Source of the DNA: Mizuhopecten yessoensis
Taxonomy: Eukaryota
DNA length: 64,000 nucleotides
NCBI RefSeq assembly: GCF_002113885.1
Contig: NW_018404771.1
Span: forward strand, 763,531 to 827,530
Direction: 5' to 3'
The notes under the pieces are model-generated. The model saw nothing but the letters and a program-made list of their open reading frames with translations. It was not told the DNA's origin and did no database searches. The position numbers and the translations under genes are program-made. Shown here one piece after another: positions 1 through 13,269 of the stretch (position 1 is the first letter of the stretch; each line of letters begins with the position of its first letter).

Positions 1-242
1 GCGCTGTCGTTCTTTGAACCTTTTTATTAGATTCTTTTTGAAATATGAGTCAATTTTAGCACATCTTTGCACGTGCAATAATAAACTTTCACATTCCAAT
101 TGATCGACTAGAACAAAGTCGGCGATTTGAATCAGCGTCGCGGACTACGTACCACGGCCAGTTCGGTAAGACGTGTCTATGTGAAGTGTCTGTAGAGTAT
201 CGTTCTTCCGCTCAAGTTTTTACCGTTAGTTCCAGAGTATGT

Positions 243-479
243 GGGGGCCGAGTGGTTCAGGCGTCTGACATTCTGCTACCACTAGCCCTCCACCACTGGA
301 TCGCGGGTTCGAGGCCTACGTGGAGCAGACACCAGGTACGTACTGGCCGGAGCTAGCTAGGTCAGTGGTTTTTCTCAGGGAACCCCAGGTTTTCCTCCGC
401 CAATAAAACCTGGCACGTCCTTAAATGACCTTAGCTGTTAATAGGACGTAAAACCCAAAAAAGCCAAAACCAAACCAAA
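243..479 (+). mobile_element. tRNA-derived V-domain SINE, near full length, with 12-bp TSD
   Basis: A-box-like GGCCGAGTGG, B-box GGTTCGAGGCC, V-core-like GGTTTTTCTCAGGGAACCCCAGGTTTTCCTCC, 3' TTAAATGACCTTAGCTGTTAATAGGACGTAAAAC and a (CCAAA)-rich tail. Flanked by the direct repeat TCCAGAGTATGT at 231-242 and 480-491. Homologous copies at 5510 and 34261. Confidence 0.9.
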
Positions 480-1505
480 TCCAGAGTATGTAATTAAGTT
501 GTACCGCAGGTAAAACAAGTGGATCTTGTAAATATATATACATTTCCCGAAACATACAATACCGTATATTTACCTTAATTTATTTGATTTTAGATTGTAT
601 AGGATACGAATGTGATATTTGGAATAGATTTCATTGCTTTTTTGATGCCCTTAAAAATGATTATCATACCCCGACGGATCGTACGCCAACTAGAGAGGCT
701 CATGATTTCTTTGCGTAGTATAACTAAAGTCTAGTTTCCAATTTCAAGCGTTTTCAGCATTTACCTTGCCTCTACATGTACATTCGGTATACATACACAC
801 ATACTCATACCTTAAGCTATTCCGTTAGTCGAATGGTGTATACGACTTATTTGACACATGAAGTTGACTTTACACGTGGGAGATGTTACGAGAAAATATA
901 CGCGTTTTACCGTTCACCATATATATAACATTAATGACATGTAATAGTTTTGGGGCGATATCAAGACCAATAAAAACATGGAAATATATGTAGATATTAT
1001 TGTAGACAATTACGTTTAAGTGTTATTGTAGAAATTTAATATCTTAAAACATGGCACTAAAATCTTGGAATGGTGACATTTCCAATGAACTTGCGTCAAG
1101 ACCTTGTATATACAATTAAACTGTAATTTAGTGAGTTGTCGTAACCTACACATTGCGTAACTTGTCTTTGGCTAGAATACGGTTTGTGTCAACTCCAATG
1201 ATAATAAAAGAAACTACAGATGATAAAGTTTCCGTATATTTTTGCCTGTTAACACTTTCCCTGAAATATCACCAGGCAATTGTGTTCAATATAAGTCGAA
1301 TGTACGCTACTTAGTATGTAAATATATATTGCTATAATCAATGATCCATCTACTTTATAGTCTATTCAACTACCTATATAATCACATTTATACATGTATA
1401 TATAAATATATTATTTATTAAAACTTGGTGATATAAATATGACAATAGGATTTGTCACCCTGGTAAAATACTACCCGCTTCCTACAAGGATTGCTAGAAA
1501 GAATA

Positions 1506-1579
1506 GCTATATGGCTCAATCGGTAGAGCGTATAAGACTTGTAAGATAGAGGTTCCTGGTTCGACCCCAAGCGTTGACA
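1506..1579 (+). pseudogene. tRNA-like relic or SINE head (Thr-TGT-like loop)
   Basis: A box TGGCTCAATCGGTAGAGCG, loop CT-TGT-AA, B box GGTTCGACCCC. Acceptor and anticodon stems do not pair properly, so it is not a functional tRNA. Confidence 0.6.
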
Positions 1580-1992
1580 TCGAATTGAAGAAATAACGAC
1601 GTCTGTTACGTGATTTGATAATTTTCATTTTCATTGTCGACATTATAAAATTATGATTAACATACATTTCGTAGATGTTTTGACAAGAACTGTCACAAAA
1701 AAATATGAGACATCATGTCGCCATAGTAACAGATCGCTTCGATGTAAAAAAATCTCATATTTCATATTAAACTCTTTAAATCTTTAAGTGTCATATATCA
1801 CAATTACATAAGTATATTATAAAAGTATATAACAAAAAGCAATCTGCGAGAAAGAGGAGGCACCCTTTTCTAATGTATTTGATATGCATAAATATCGTTA
1901 AAAGTGTGTTAAAATATTTCAATAAATTTGACTTTTGAATTTTGACAAAATCACAGATTGCAGCCAGCCAGCAGTTATTGAAACAGCCGCAA

Positions 1993-2150
1993 GGGGTCAC
2001 CTGCCCGACCATGTGGGTTTCCTCAGAGTAATCCGGTTTAAGTCGCCCCCCCCCCTCCCCCCCCTCCTACATGAAGACCCCTTGCCCACTTTAATCCGGG
2101 CTTAAAAGAATGATGAATTGAGTTGATATAACCTAATTTGTTTATTTTTT
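1993..2150 (+). mobile_element. V-domain SINE fragment (second family), interrupted by a C-run
   Basis: GTCACCTGCCCGACCATGTGGGTTTCCTCAGAGTAATCCGGTTT...AAGACCCC...CCGGGC...GAGTTGATATAACC. Collinear with the copy at 17160-17350. Confidence 0.6.
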
Positions 2151-2579
2151 GAAAAAAACATGATTAACATTTACATATCTCATGACGTTACATAAAATAT
2201 GTTTTCTTCCTGTAAAATATCTCTTTAAAGTGTTATTATAACGATAATTCATTCTAGGTCTCTGGCCTTTCAGAACAAATTCCGTCCCGGTGTTGATCTC
2301 GCCCACGCGTATGCATACCTATAGTTCTTATCATATTTTAATATGAATTCACATTCTCGTTCAAGGAGAGCGAAAATAAAGTACCTGTATGATCGCCAAA
2401 TGTCTAAAAAAAATATATAGAAACGGCAATTCTGTCAATAAATGTTTGAAAGCTACAGTGCAAGCCTAGACAATCAAAGATTTAAATATTTTTAGATGAA
2501 GTGACCTGATGCACGTTTATATAGGAATCACGTGAATTAAACACAATGTAGTTTATTTCATGCAAAACAAATTGGTGTT

Positions 2580-2770
2580 TACGGAAGGACATTAGGGCCA
2601 TGGATAAACAAATAAATTTCGTACTTTTCGTGTTCATCAATCAAAATTTCGACTTACTAACTCGAAATTTTGATATAATAACTCTAAATTTTAAGATGAT
2701 GAAATTTGCAGCTTTTAACACGAAAAGACAAAGTTATATTTTATCCTCATGACCTTAATGCTACTCCGTA
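2580..2770. mobile_element. Palindromic MITE (TACGGA...TCCGTA ends)
   Basis: Left TACGGAAGGACATTAGGGCCATG...CTTTTCGTGTT matches the reverse complement of the right end (TACGGAGTAGCATTAAGGTCATG...CTTTTCGTGTT). Internal TCAAAATTTCGA/TCGAAATTTTGA inverted pair. TA at both ends. Confidence 0.75.
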
Positions 2771-5509
2771 GGGTGTGAGTTCGATTTATGAGAAATCTAA
2801 AATTCTGCCGGTAATACCTACTATAAATGTTGAAACACATTTCTTATTAATAACAATTTTCAATAAAAAAAACGCCTTGATGTAGCTCGACCGAGTTTAA
2901 AAAAGGAACCAGCGATTGTTATTTGGTTTACTTCAAAATACCGAGTTACTATGTATAAGCGCGCGTCATAAACAATGAGTTATTTTTGATTTTGTACGTT
3001 CTTGTGGAGTCGTTTATTGCAAAAAAACGTTCATGAAGTTTGTTGAAAACAACATTGCATTATAATTTTAAGTAAGGTTTAAACATTCGAAGGTTATGAG
3101 CGAGAATGCCAAATCGCCGAGCCCACAACACGTGTTAAATTGCAGAGCATAAATAATTTTCAGTTTGACAAGTAGCCACTTGAGCTAAAGAAAATGTTAA
3201 AAGAAATCACGGTGATCGCTATTTTAACGAGCTCTGTGCAATGTTTGCATAATGCATGCGAACAAGCACGAGAGTTTGCACGTGCGCTAAGAAAATTCTT
3301 CATCAGATCCAATTAACAGCTCCAGAGACATTTAAGTAATTATTCACCGCGTAATTTATTAATTGTGTTTAAAAGATTGTTTTGTGTTGAAAGGGTAACG
3401 TCTGTCACGTTTCGGTTTTGACGAAGGCAATATCGCACATCTGTATGGCTGTTGGGTTCTCTCACCAATGTTTATCCAACCTTGCTCATTGCGGTGGAAA
3501 TGGTGCTCCACATTCTAGCGTAGGACCGGAAAGGTCACGTTTACGTTAGGTTTATCATAGCATGTGCATTTACACTTTATGCGTGGACGTGCATTGATGT
3601 GTAAATATTTAAACATGTTTTACCCCACAGCATAAGAAATGAGACGGTTTTAGCCCCCTGGAAGTTAAACATGTGTAAACTTCCCGCCATTACCTGCTCG
3701 TGACTTACACGTGCTGGTAGCACGAACGTAATTCAATTTGCTGCACGACACCAGGGGTGAGTAAACATTTTGATATTCATCTCATTTGCATATCTCATTT
3801 ACGCGTGCCCTCTCTGACGTGCATATCGATACTTAAATCACGTGATCAAGGAACAGGAATACAATTTAATTGCTCAATTATAAACGTATTTTAATGCCAG
3901 GTAAATCATAGACAACAGTTTTTTTTTACTGGGCGCCTCTCAATCGGAAGTATATAACTGAAATAATGATATTATTTAGTTTAACAAGATACGGAATTTT
4001 GATATGGAAACTGTATACCTCATTATTTCGCATAACGATAGTCTGGCTAGACTCGTGGACAATAAGATAATTTCATATTCTTCTATCAAATTCGGTAATT
4101 CACCTAATTTTTGCCGATTTCAACTTCGCGATTTTTGATTCGCACGATACATTTTCGAGGGCTTGGGTTAGCAAATAACCGAAAAGAAATTTAAGTCGAT
4201 ATCCGTTGTTAAGTTATGTCTGATGAAATGTTGGTGAAAAATCTAAAAAGGGAATAATTGAGTTTCTTCTCGAATTACATGTACATAAAATTATGTTCTA
4301 AACGTAATTACTCGTCCAATTGTATTTTTTATTCTATATGTGTATCCCGCAAAATCTGATTTACAGTGCCGAGCCCACCGTCTGTTATCATGGAGATGTA
4401 TAGGATCTTTTCACTAGCGTGAGGATAGGACAGATAAATATTCACCCTCGGGAGATATTCTTGACTGCCTTACCCTCGGCGTCCGTCCTACCCTCATGAT
4501 AGAGAATGTTCCTTTTCTCCCCCTGTTTCCATATCTTATTTTAAAGAAAACAATGACACACACGTGTACTCCATGCATGTAAACAAATGATGAATTTTGT
4601 TTTATCCCAACTCCTGTTTAAGCATTGGCATCAAATTATTGGTTAAATTCCATGAATTGCTCATAAAACAAAAAAGGAAACAAAGTTGGTCATAAAATAA
4701 AGCAAACATAACTCTGTTTCTTGGGTCAGAGTTCATCAGCGCGCGTGCGAGCATTCCATGCATCTAGTGGTCAAAATTCACCACCGGCACGAGTGTGGGA
4801 TACACATATGTGCAACTTCCGGTTTAGCACGTGGTAATGTTTCATGCTAGCTATCCACTCAAGGTTTGACAGAGAGATCTATCCCTAACCGGAAGTTTTC
4901 GACATCTCTGTCAAATGGGGAAGAAACACAATTTCTTTTTTTTCCGCTTGTGTTATTGTACGTATGCTTTGTGATAGTTGTTATGGATATCAAGAACGGC
5001 TTCTTTGTGAAATCATCTGGAACATTTAGGTCAAAGAAAAACATTTTCCAATTTTCCTACAAACATGTACCTTTAAAGTTACCATGGATACCAAGGACGT
5101 ATCTATGTGTGCTGGTTGCCATAGCGTTAGCCTTGTTTTCCTGAAGCTATACAAGGCAGGGTATCAACGCATGGCTATCTACACTCGGAACTAGGTTTCC
5201 ATAACAATTCGATATGTTATCGTATCGGGCGGGACGCTTTTTTGATGACGTCGAAAGTTTGGTTCACCGCTCAAAAGATTGATAGACATCAGGTATTTCG
5301 TAACCAATCTTATCTACAGTGAATTTCAATAAATGAGCGACTGCTCTTCTGTCAGAAGACGATGACGAGATACCCGGCCACATAATAACTTTTTTTTTTA
5401 ACACAGGTCGATATCATGGCGGCTCGCGAGGTACACAGGTGGTTTGTATTACGTCATTTCGTCGCTAGATATGAAAACGAAGTTTGTAATGTAAAGTATC
5501 ATAAATCAT

Positions 5510-5722
5510 GGGCCGCGGTGGCCAAGTGGTTAAGGCGTCTGACATTCTGCTACCACTAGCCCTCCACCACTTGGACGCGGGTTCGAGATCTACGTGGGGC
5601 AGACGTGAGGTACTGGTTGTAGGTCGGTGGTTTTTCTCCAGGAACTCCGGCTTTCCTCCACCACCAAAAACCTGGCTTAAATGACCACAGCTGTTAATAG
5701 GACGTGAAACACATACAAACCT
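5510..5722 (+). mobile_element. tRNA-derived V-domain SINE, full length (same family as 243-479)
   Basis: GGGCCGCGGTGGCCAAGTGG A box, GGTTCGAGATC B box, GGTTTTTCTCCAGGAACTCCGGCTTTCCTCCACC V core, 3' TTAAATGACCACAGCTGTTAATAGGACGT tail. No clear TSD. Confidence 0.9.
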
Positions 5723-5724
5723 AA

Positions 5725-5980
5725 CGAGTCGTTTTACAATGAAGCACCAGAAAAAGAGGTCGTTTAAGTACGGGAAATATGAGGTCGCTTATAACAACAG
5801 AAATATGAGGTCGTTTGTAGCATTAGAAATCAGAGATCGTCTGTATGAAGCACCAGAAAAAGAGGTTGTTTTAGTACCGGAAATATGAGGTCGCTTATAA
5901 CAACAGAAATAGAGAGGTTACTTATTGCTTTAGGAATCAGATATCGTTTGTAGCATTTTAAGTCAAAGGTCGTTTACAAG
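5725..5980. repeat. Degenerate ~26-bp tandem repeat with a 106-bp higher-order duplication
   Basis: Recurrent GAAAT..GAGGTCGTTT units. GAAGCACCAGAAAAAGAGG...GAGGTCGCTTATAACAACAGAAATA occurs at 5741 and 5847. Confidence 0.75.
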
Positions 5981-8944
5981 CGATGATGCCAGTACTACTA
6001 AGTGTATTACTCTCAGCTGAGCAGACCTTGGATAACAATACGTAATTTCCCATTGTAAATCATAGTAATTGTTACATTTACTTGTAAAGTGTTTACAATG
6101 CCCGTTGAGTTTTCCAATTTTACTGTTTTCACATTTACCTTTAAACAAAATTAAATAATAAACATTATAAATATGAAATAATTTGTACAATTAATGTATT
6201 TTTTGGTTGCAGTAATACGCCTAACAATATATTGATGAACGGTATTTTTTGTAAAAAATGTATTGTTTAAAAGTCAACATTAGCTGACACACATTTACCC
6301 TACACTAACATTGATTATATCATTATCAGGTAGAGGTCGGTGATTTGTATTATAATACGGCCTTCAGATCAGGCTCGTAAATCCAAGATGGCGGCGTTGG
6401 GTTAAGAAGCGTATGAATGAGCTCCGGTACATTTTCCTGAGAATGCCTGTTTAGAAACCCCGGAAAGTCCCAAATATTGGACTGTGTGACGCTGATTTCT
6501 AACATAATGGTAACATTATTTTGAAAAAATATGTTGCGGACCATAATAGCATTCGTTACCTGTATACCGGAGCTACACACATGTACCTGAACGATACCTG
6601 TGTTGCACGTGCACACTATCATACTCACCTATGTGACTTGTTTGCTAGTACTGGAGTTACACCCTGGAATTCTGTGGTTTATTTGTAAACGTTTATTCGT
6701 ACATGTACATATACATGTTCATCTTTTTGTATAATCTGGATTTTGACGTGCGTTTACTATGGTAGAACGGTAAACTAACCAGTATGACCTTGAACTGTGT
6801 GTACATGGGTAAGAAACGAAATAGATCTCATACGGACACGAGTACAGTAATGGCTATATGGCACATAGAGATCTTTGTGGTTCCCCACGTCATGGAAATG
6901 TGGCCGCCACGCTACCTTTTTTTCCAACCTGCCCCGCAGTGCCCTATGCAGAGCTCGTGTATATCCCCCAGTGCCCCTGTGAATCCTGATCAGTTGATGT
7001 TCCCTCGGGCAGCCTCGCCCACTCCCGACACCATATCGCTTGTATTAGTACCAGTAATTATATGACTGGTACTAATTCCCAGTCCTGATTGGAGGAGCGG
7101 CGTCATGTGACTAGTCTACAAATCTGTTACAGACCTCGTTCTATGAATAGAAAAGTGTTACAGACCGCTACTAAAAATAGGCCTATGTGTTACAAATCAC
7201 ACAACTGAATTCAACTACAAATGAATTTTGTCAACAAATTCTAATGTGATGCTATTGATGATGTCGATTGTGCAAATGATATTTACTACAAATTAAATTT
7301 TGTATGAATTGAATTTGAAAATGTGAAGATCTCTGTTATTTTGTATTGGAAGTCCTTCACTCTGTGATACCAAATTAAAATGGTCTATGCCATCCATGTG
7401 TTTATGACATGAAAAATGATTAATCTTATTGTACAATGACGTATAATAAAACAATTGTGAACTTGCAATGCAATTCATGATATAAAGTTTACTGGAATTG
7501 TAAATGTAAGAAAAGTTTTGTATGATAATTGTAATGTATCGTTTAAAACATCATTTTTACAAGATTTCGAGTAGACCGAACACTTCATGCTCAAAAAACG
7601 TAACATTTTAGTTGCTGGTTACAACATTTTATACAAACTGATTTATCTTTTTTACATACGTTTTCATTATGCACCTTTTTAAAACGACAATATACATATT
7701 CCTGAAATTAAACACGGGAATGATACGTTTTTAGAGACTCAAATATTCTGCCCAATTTTATATCTGCAGTTGACCGAATTCATTTATAAGTGGTTCATCG
7801 TGTGAGGGGAACACAGCAATAAGAAAATAAGTGCGAACAAAACCCCCAAAAAGGATTAGAAATCGATGAAATACATGGACTAGTTCGTTTATAAGTGTAA
7901 CATTTTCGGGTAATATATGCAGGTCTTGCAAGGCTTTGTCAAGCAAGGCTCGTCTGAAAGCAACATCAGATTACTAAGTCCGACTTTATTTCATAAACGA
8001 ACAACTCTGGCCCAACCGGCTCAACCGTTTTGATCGCGATACACGAAAGCGATTATGGAGTAAGTCCTTTGACAGTGTGCTTTTTTGTACAAGGAATACA
8101 GATCCCTCATTTTCCGTTCCTTTCCGACAATTTACAACACCGCTGGTGACAGAACCTGGAAAGCTCCGAGTTGTTCGTCTGGAAGGCCTTGATTCACATT
8201 GTAGGATTCCATAGCATCACTTTCTCGTGTTTTTAAAAAAAATAATTGTTAAAATATCCGATTAATTTTGAATTTATCACTAGCGCACAGTGCAAAAAAT
8301 CATATTTACAGATTAAATATTTTGCTCACAACTTGTACCATTGTGCTGTGTAGCGTGTATGTCATGCATGTATGTAAAAAGATAATGAAATTTATTTGGT
8401 AACGCGTGCCATATTGGCGACAGTGTTGTTTCTATGGCATGTGTACGGTCAAGTAAAATAGACACGGGAAGTCGTATTGGCGACACGGAATCTTTAAAAA
8501 TCTATAAGTCTGAGAATCACAAAGGCAAGTTGGTTACCTTTTTATGATAAAGCCAGCAAAAGGAAATTGAAAAAAAGAAAAGAAAAAAAACACGAATAAA
8601 AAAAGTTGACATTTTCATAAACGTAAGTAGCGAAAGAAGGCTCTGTGGGTTTGCCAGTTTCGTTGCGCTGTCTTAATTTCTCTGACATTTTATTTGATGT
8701 CTCTATTTCCATGTTCGATTTGTTCCGGAATTGAATCTGCTTAATATAAAAATAGAGCCCAGCAATGATCTAAGGTTTGCCGCTGTGTCATTTTCCTATC
8801 AGAGACTTAGGTTCTCAAATTCTAATCAAAATACACATGTAGGGTAATAAAACGGTATTGTACACAGCCGGATGGAAACCGCCTGACACTGAGAAAACAA
8901 AATGCAAAAGTCAATACCAGTAAGCAATCCCTGCATGTGTCTAA

Positions 8945-9740
8945 TGGATGACGTCTTCAGAGTGTGCACTGAACGAGTCGATCGCGCGTGCGCGTGACGA
9001 TTGTCCACTGAGTGTGTGCATGCGCACGTCTGAAATTGATTGACGTTGTGAACGATAATGTGGATGATATTTACTAGATGTGCAAATACACATGTCTGAC
9101 GTCTTTTGAGAGGGAAGATGCGCCTGTGCAACTTTTACTGATTGTGAACGTGCGCACGTCCGACGTCTTACATGTTCACGCATGCGCGTACCAGAAATCT
9201 ATTTTGTGTTAGTGCGTGTGATCGACGCTTACTAAGTGTGCACGTACGCGTACATGTTTCAGACGTCTACTGAATGTGCACGTGTGCGCATATGAGGGTT
9301 TTAATTTCGTACATGCACGTTCGCGACATCTACTGGGTGTGCGTGCGCGTGCGCGTGAACGACGCTTACTTACTGTAAACTCATCAATTTTCGTGGGACA
9401 TCAAATTTCGTTTATTCGCGTATAACAAAAATCCACGAAAAATTAAATCCTCACGAAAACATAAATTTGGTAAAATATAGATAGGGGAAAATCAGAAATC
9501 AGCGAAATATAATGTCATTGAAACAGGCTAGTATATGAAAACCACAAAATTTTAACCCCACGAAAATAAATGATTCTACAGTACTGCGCACGTGCACAAG
9601 CCTGCTGTTAACTGAGCGTGTACGTGTATCATGTCGATTGTTGGTCAACTAAGAATCAGATATATACCTACCCGATGCCTTTAAGGTATACGTTCACGTG
9701 TTAGACATGTATTCCAAGTGTTCGTGCACGTGACTGACTC
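8945..9740. repeat. Degenerate ~32-bp array rich in alternating purine-pyrimidine, interrupted by a MITE
   Basis: Repeated ACTGAGTGTGCACGTGCGCACGTCTGACGTCT-like units on both sides of the 9373-9581 insertion. Confidence 0.6.
9373..9581. mobile_element. MITE with CTGTA...TACAG TIRs and TA TSD (Tc1/mariner-type non-autonomous)
   Basis: TA|CTGTAAACTCATCAATTTTCGTGGG versus the reverse complement of the right end, TA|CTGTAGAATCATTTATTTTCGTGGG. Internal TTTCG/CACGAAA subrepeats. Confidence 0.85.
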
Positions 9741-10639
9741 GTGCTGTAGTTTCCTAACGTTTCACTGGTGTCAATGGGTGTGTCATAATCTTAAATTGGA
9801 GAGTATATTTTCGGAGATTTGATGTCTGTTTGGAGAGTAATTTGTTACTTCAAGACGATTCAGTGTACAATTGTGGGTCTGTTCTCCGATAAGTAGTAAA
9901 TATTTCGACGGGTGGACATTAAACTTAAACCACAGTGGAACAACAAACGCAATATGACGATTATCTGGAAAATGATACTAAGGTTACAAAAAAAAAAATT
10001 ACAAGTACTTAACGTATCACACGACTGTAGGAAAGTGAAATCTCCTAAAACATGAAATTCGAGATAAAAAATACACGTATCTTACATTCTGAAAACGGAC
10101 GTTGTTGTTTTCAAATTTCTTCAGTAAGATAAACATTCTTTGGATAAGTGTTCACATTTTCATGTTTTAGCCAATTAACTTAATGTTTCAAAGGTATATT
10201 GCATTTCAGAAAGAGAAGATAAGTCAAATTCTGACATATTTTTGATGGAGAGACAAGCTTCACATACTGTGTAAGGCTAATAGACACTGACAGATTTTCA
10301 ACAGTAGCTTCAGATACGGAGCGTCTTCTTACCTATATGTACTGGCTCGTGGCGTCGCGGTTAGCAATATAACGAGCGCACACCGCGAACCTAGCAGGGA
10401 AGCGGTAAAGAGGCGTTATAAATTAACTAAAACACAGCTTCTACGTGTAAATAATTCAATTTCAAGATATGTAGCACAGATTATATGCCAACTTATAAAA
10501 ACTATATAATTTAAAATCTACAGATCCAATTATCTAGCATTGAAGGCTTGCCGTCATATAAAAACTCATCAATTCACCAAGACGAGTTCGCATCACTCGG
10601 AAAGTGTTTTCTGTCAGGAAAGTTGACGAATGGTTTCAC

Positions 10640-10890
10640 TTTTTGTTTGTTTATTCAGTGTTTGGCATCCTTGAAACAAATATCAGAAATCATACGAAGG
10701 TGGTTCCCTTAGACTATAGGGGGCACTTAGGGTAACTTTAAACGCCATCCCACCGAAATATCATGAAAGGATGGAACTTAAACCGGCCAACGGGCTAACC
10801 AGAGGTACCTAGGGAGACCAAAGCAAAAGATATAGAAAAACTCACTTCATTTTGCAGGTCTCCGACATAAGTCGCCTCAAACGATCATAT
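10640..10890 (-). mobile_element. Decayed non-LTR/SINE 3' module
   Basis: The minus strand reads GAGGCGACT motif ... CTGGTTAGCCCGTTG ... (AAAC)n tail. The TCGT..GAGGCGACT motif recurs at ~34410 on +. The order resembles bivalve SINE/RTE-X 3' regions (recalled resemblance). Confidence 0.4.
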
Positions 10891-11136
10891 AGTTGGATAT
10901 AGAATGTCTATTCTTTGCTCGAACCTACCATGCGTGTACTAAAAATGTAAATATATTGATTTGGACCACTTACAAGTATTTAAGTGGGTTTTCATACTTT
11001 CTATGTCATCAGCGGTTTAGAGAGGTTAATATCTAATTAACTTATTTATATGGAAGCTTGTATTTCGTTTTACTATCTCAGAAATGTATTTGGTATATAT
11101 TTCATCATTTTTTTTTTTTTTTCACGAACCTGATAT

Positions 11137-11580
11137 AACTAAAGGCTGTGAGCGAGCTCGCGAAGACATACCCCCACTTGTGCGTTCAATGTTTCTGGAG
11201 CAGAAATAAAAGTTTCAATGGCCATAACTCATGTAAAATGATAGTCGAATCTCAAATTCTTTTCTCCATGCACATCTACACACCATGTACCTTCACTGTG
11301 TCAAGATACAAAAACGCCTAAAAGCTGTAAAGATATTGCGCTTAAAAGGTTTTTGAAGCAGAAAGTTTCAAGGGCTATTACTCTGGGAAAAGAGTCGAAT
11401 CGAAAATTCCATTCTTCATGCACATCTGTATACGATGTTCCCTCACTGTGTCAAGTTACCACAAAAATCATAAACATGGTTTAGGAGGTGTTGCGCTTAC
11501 AAGGATCTTGGATAGACGGACGGACGGACAGTATCCCTATATACTCCCCACCAAAACTTTGTTTGCAGGGGTTGTCATAA
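11137..11580 (-). mobile_element. HINE/pearl-like non-autonomous Helentron-associated element
   Basis: Terminal AACTAAAG and a short palindrome (GCGAGCTCGC). Subterminal ATACCCCCAC / ATACTCCCCAC motifs. Two ~155-bp core repeats (AGCAGAAA..GTTTCAA.GGC.AT.ACTC...CATGCACATCT...TCACTGTGTCAAG), a (GACG)n microsatellite and a terminal stem-loop. Confidence 0.85.
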
Positions 11581-13269
11581 AACTTAACAATCTTCTTCTT
11601 TCGAAAGGTTTGTTGATGTTTGAAAAAAAACCATGTTGTGTTTTTTAAATGCTTGTTAAATGTTGCCTGTAAAAAGAATACATGTCGGAAATAATCTGTA
11701 GAAAAGTCTCACTTACTCCATCCCGACTATAACAGTAGATACAATTATCTTGACCACCGTAACCGTAAACTTGACCTCCTATTTCACCAAAACTGCAATA
11801 TAGCACACATTGCAATGTACCGGATATGACTTAGCTCCGACGTCATGCACTCATTGACCTCGGTACTAATAACACTTGAAACTATTTGAACAGAAATCTA
11901 TCTTTGAAGTTGTGTTTTAGTATGGATTAAATAATATAAAGTAACATCGGATATAGCAGATTTGTTTACAGTAACATGTTATGAACCTTGTAACCCCAAG
12001 TTAGAGAGAACAGATATTTGTTTTATTACTTCCGGGTTCTCTTGGTACGAAATGCTTAATCGCTTTCTTTTTCGAGACGTTGTTGATAAAAAAACAACCC
12101 AGCATGGTGGTATGTTTCCCCTACGTTTAGCTTGTGGGGCGTTTGTATCCCAAACTGTGTTAAACATCTAGGGTTGGATGTGTATGAACCACACAAAGAG
12201 CTAAGTTTATCAACACTAGATGTCTGTAGATCGTCAGCCTTTTATCCTATCTGTTCTAAGGTAATCGGATAAACATCAAAATCAGCACAATACTACGGGT
12301 CAAATCATAATACGTCTCAACACTCATTGTAACCATGAATCTCAAATCGCCCGGATGTTGTGCAAGGGAAGTAATCACACGAATGTAACACCGCTGTTGT
12401 ATTAAATACACAGTGTAGAAAAAATACGATAAATATATCACATATACATGTAAGTAACATTTTTGCATTGCGCTGTTCAGATCAGACAGCTTTGCAAGGG
12501 GTTTCATTATGACGTCATGCTTTAAGCAATTACGGCGATCACGTTACGTCATTAACTATCACGGAACAGTGCCAAAGATTATACAACGGGAGCTAGTTCT
12601 AAATGTGTGTACACCTACAAATGTAATAGCGTGGGCCTTTTTACGGGCCTTTTATGCAAACAGACTATTTAAGGATGGGGGTCCCACAGTTGTTGTGCGG
12701 AGGGGCGAGTTGATGGTATGTAGGTAAACAACAGCAGTGAAATTATACTAGTTTATCACGTAATAAAGTAAAAATAAATCTGTTTTGTTTTGTTTTAAAA
12801 ATGGACGCTTCATCTTGAAATGCACGAGTGAGTGAAATTGTGGTTTCAAGAGTTTCCAGTTTTTATTTAACTTTTATCAAATAAAGTATATTTGCCAAAT
12901 TGTCTAATATTGCAATACTTATATCGTGATTCTGAACGTGATAATAATACAATCCGAATTTCTTCTCAACTACTAAAATATATCATCCAGTTGTTTTGCT
13001 AAGACACACCTACCTTGATTTGCCATAACTAACGAGACAATTGTCGACAGTTACGTTAGAATAAAGTTTACTCCTACGGCAGAACTGAACGTCAGTCGCC
13101 ATGGTTTATTAATCTATCTTACAAATCCAGTGGTGAACTTAATGTCATTTAAGACAATCCTATGCCCAGTTTCTGTCCGTTTTTGAGGACACATGATCAC
13201 AGATGTTCACAGGTATAGCTTAAAGCTCTGCGACTAGACAGTTCTTCATTTGATATTTTTATTGTCATC

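Noticed and set aside
1506-1579. Functional tRNA-Thr(TGT)
   Set aside because: The A and B boxes are present but the cloverleaf stems are broken; kept only as a relic.
6384-6405. CAAGATGGCGGC as a translation start
   Set aside because: The frame closes after MAALG. It is only a YY1-motif match.
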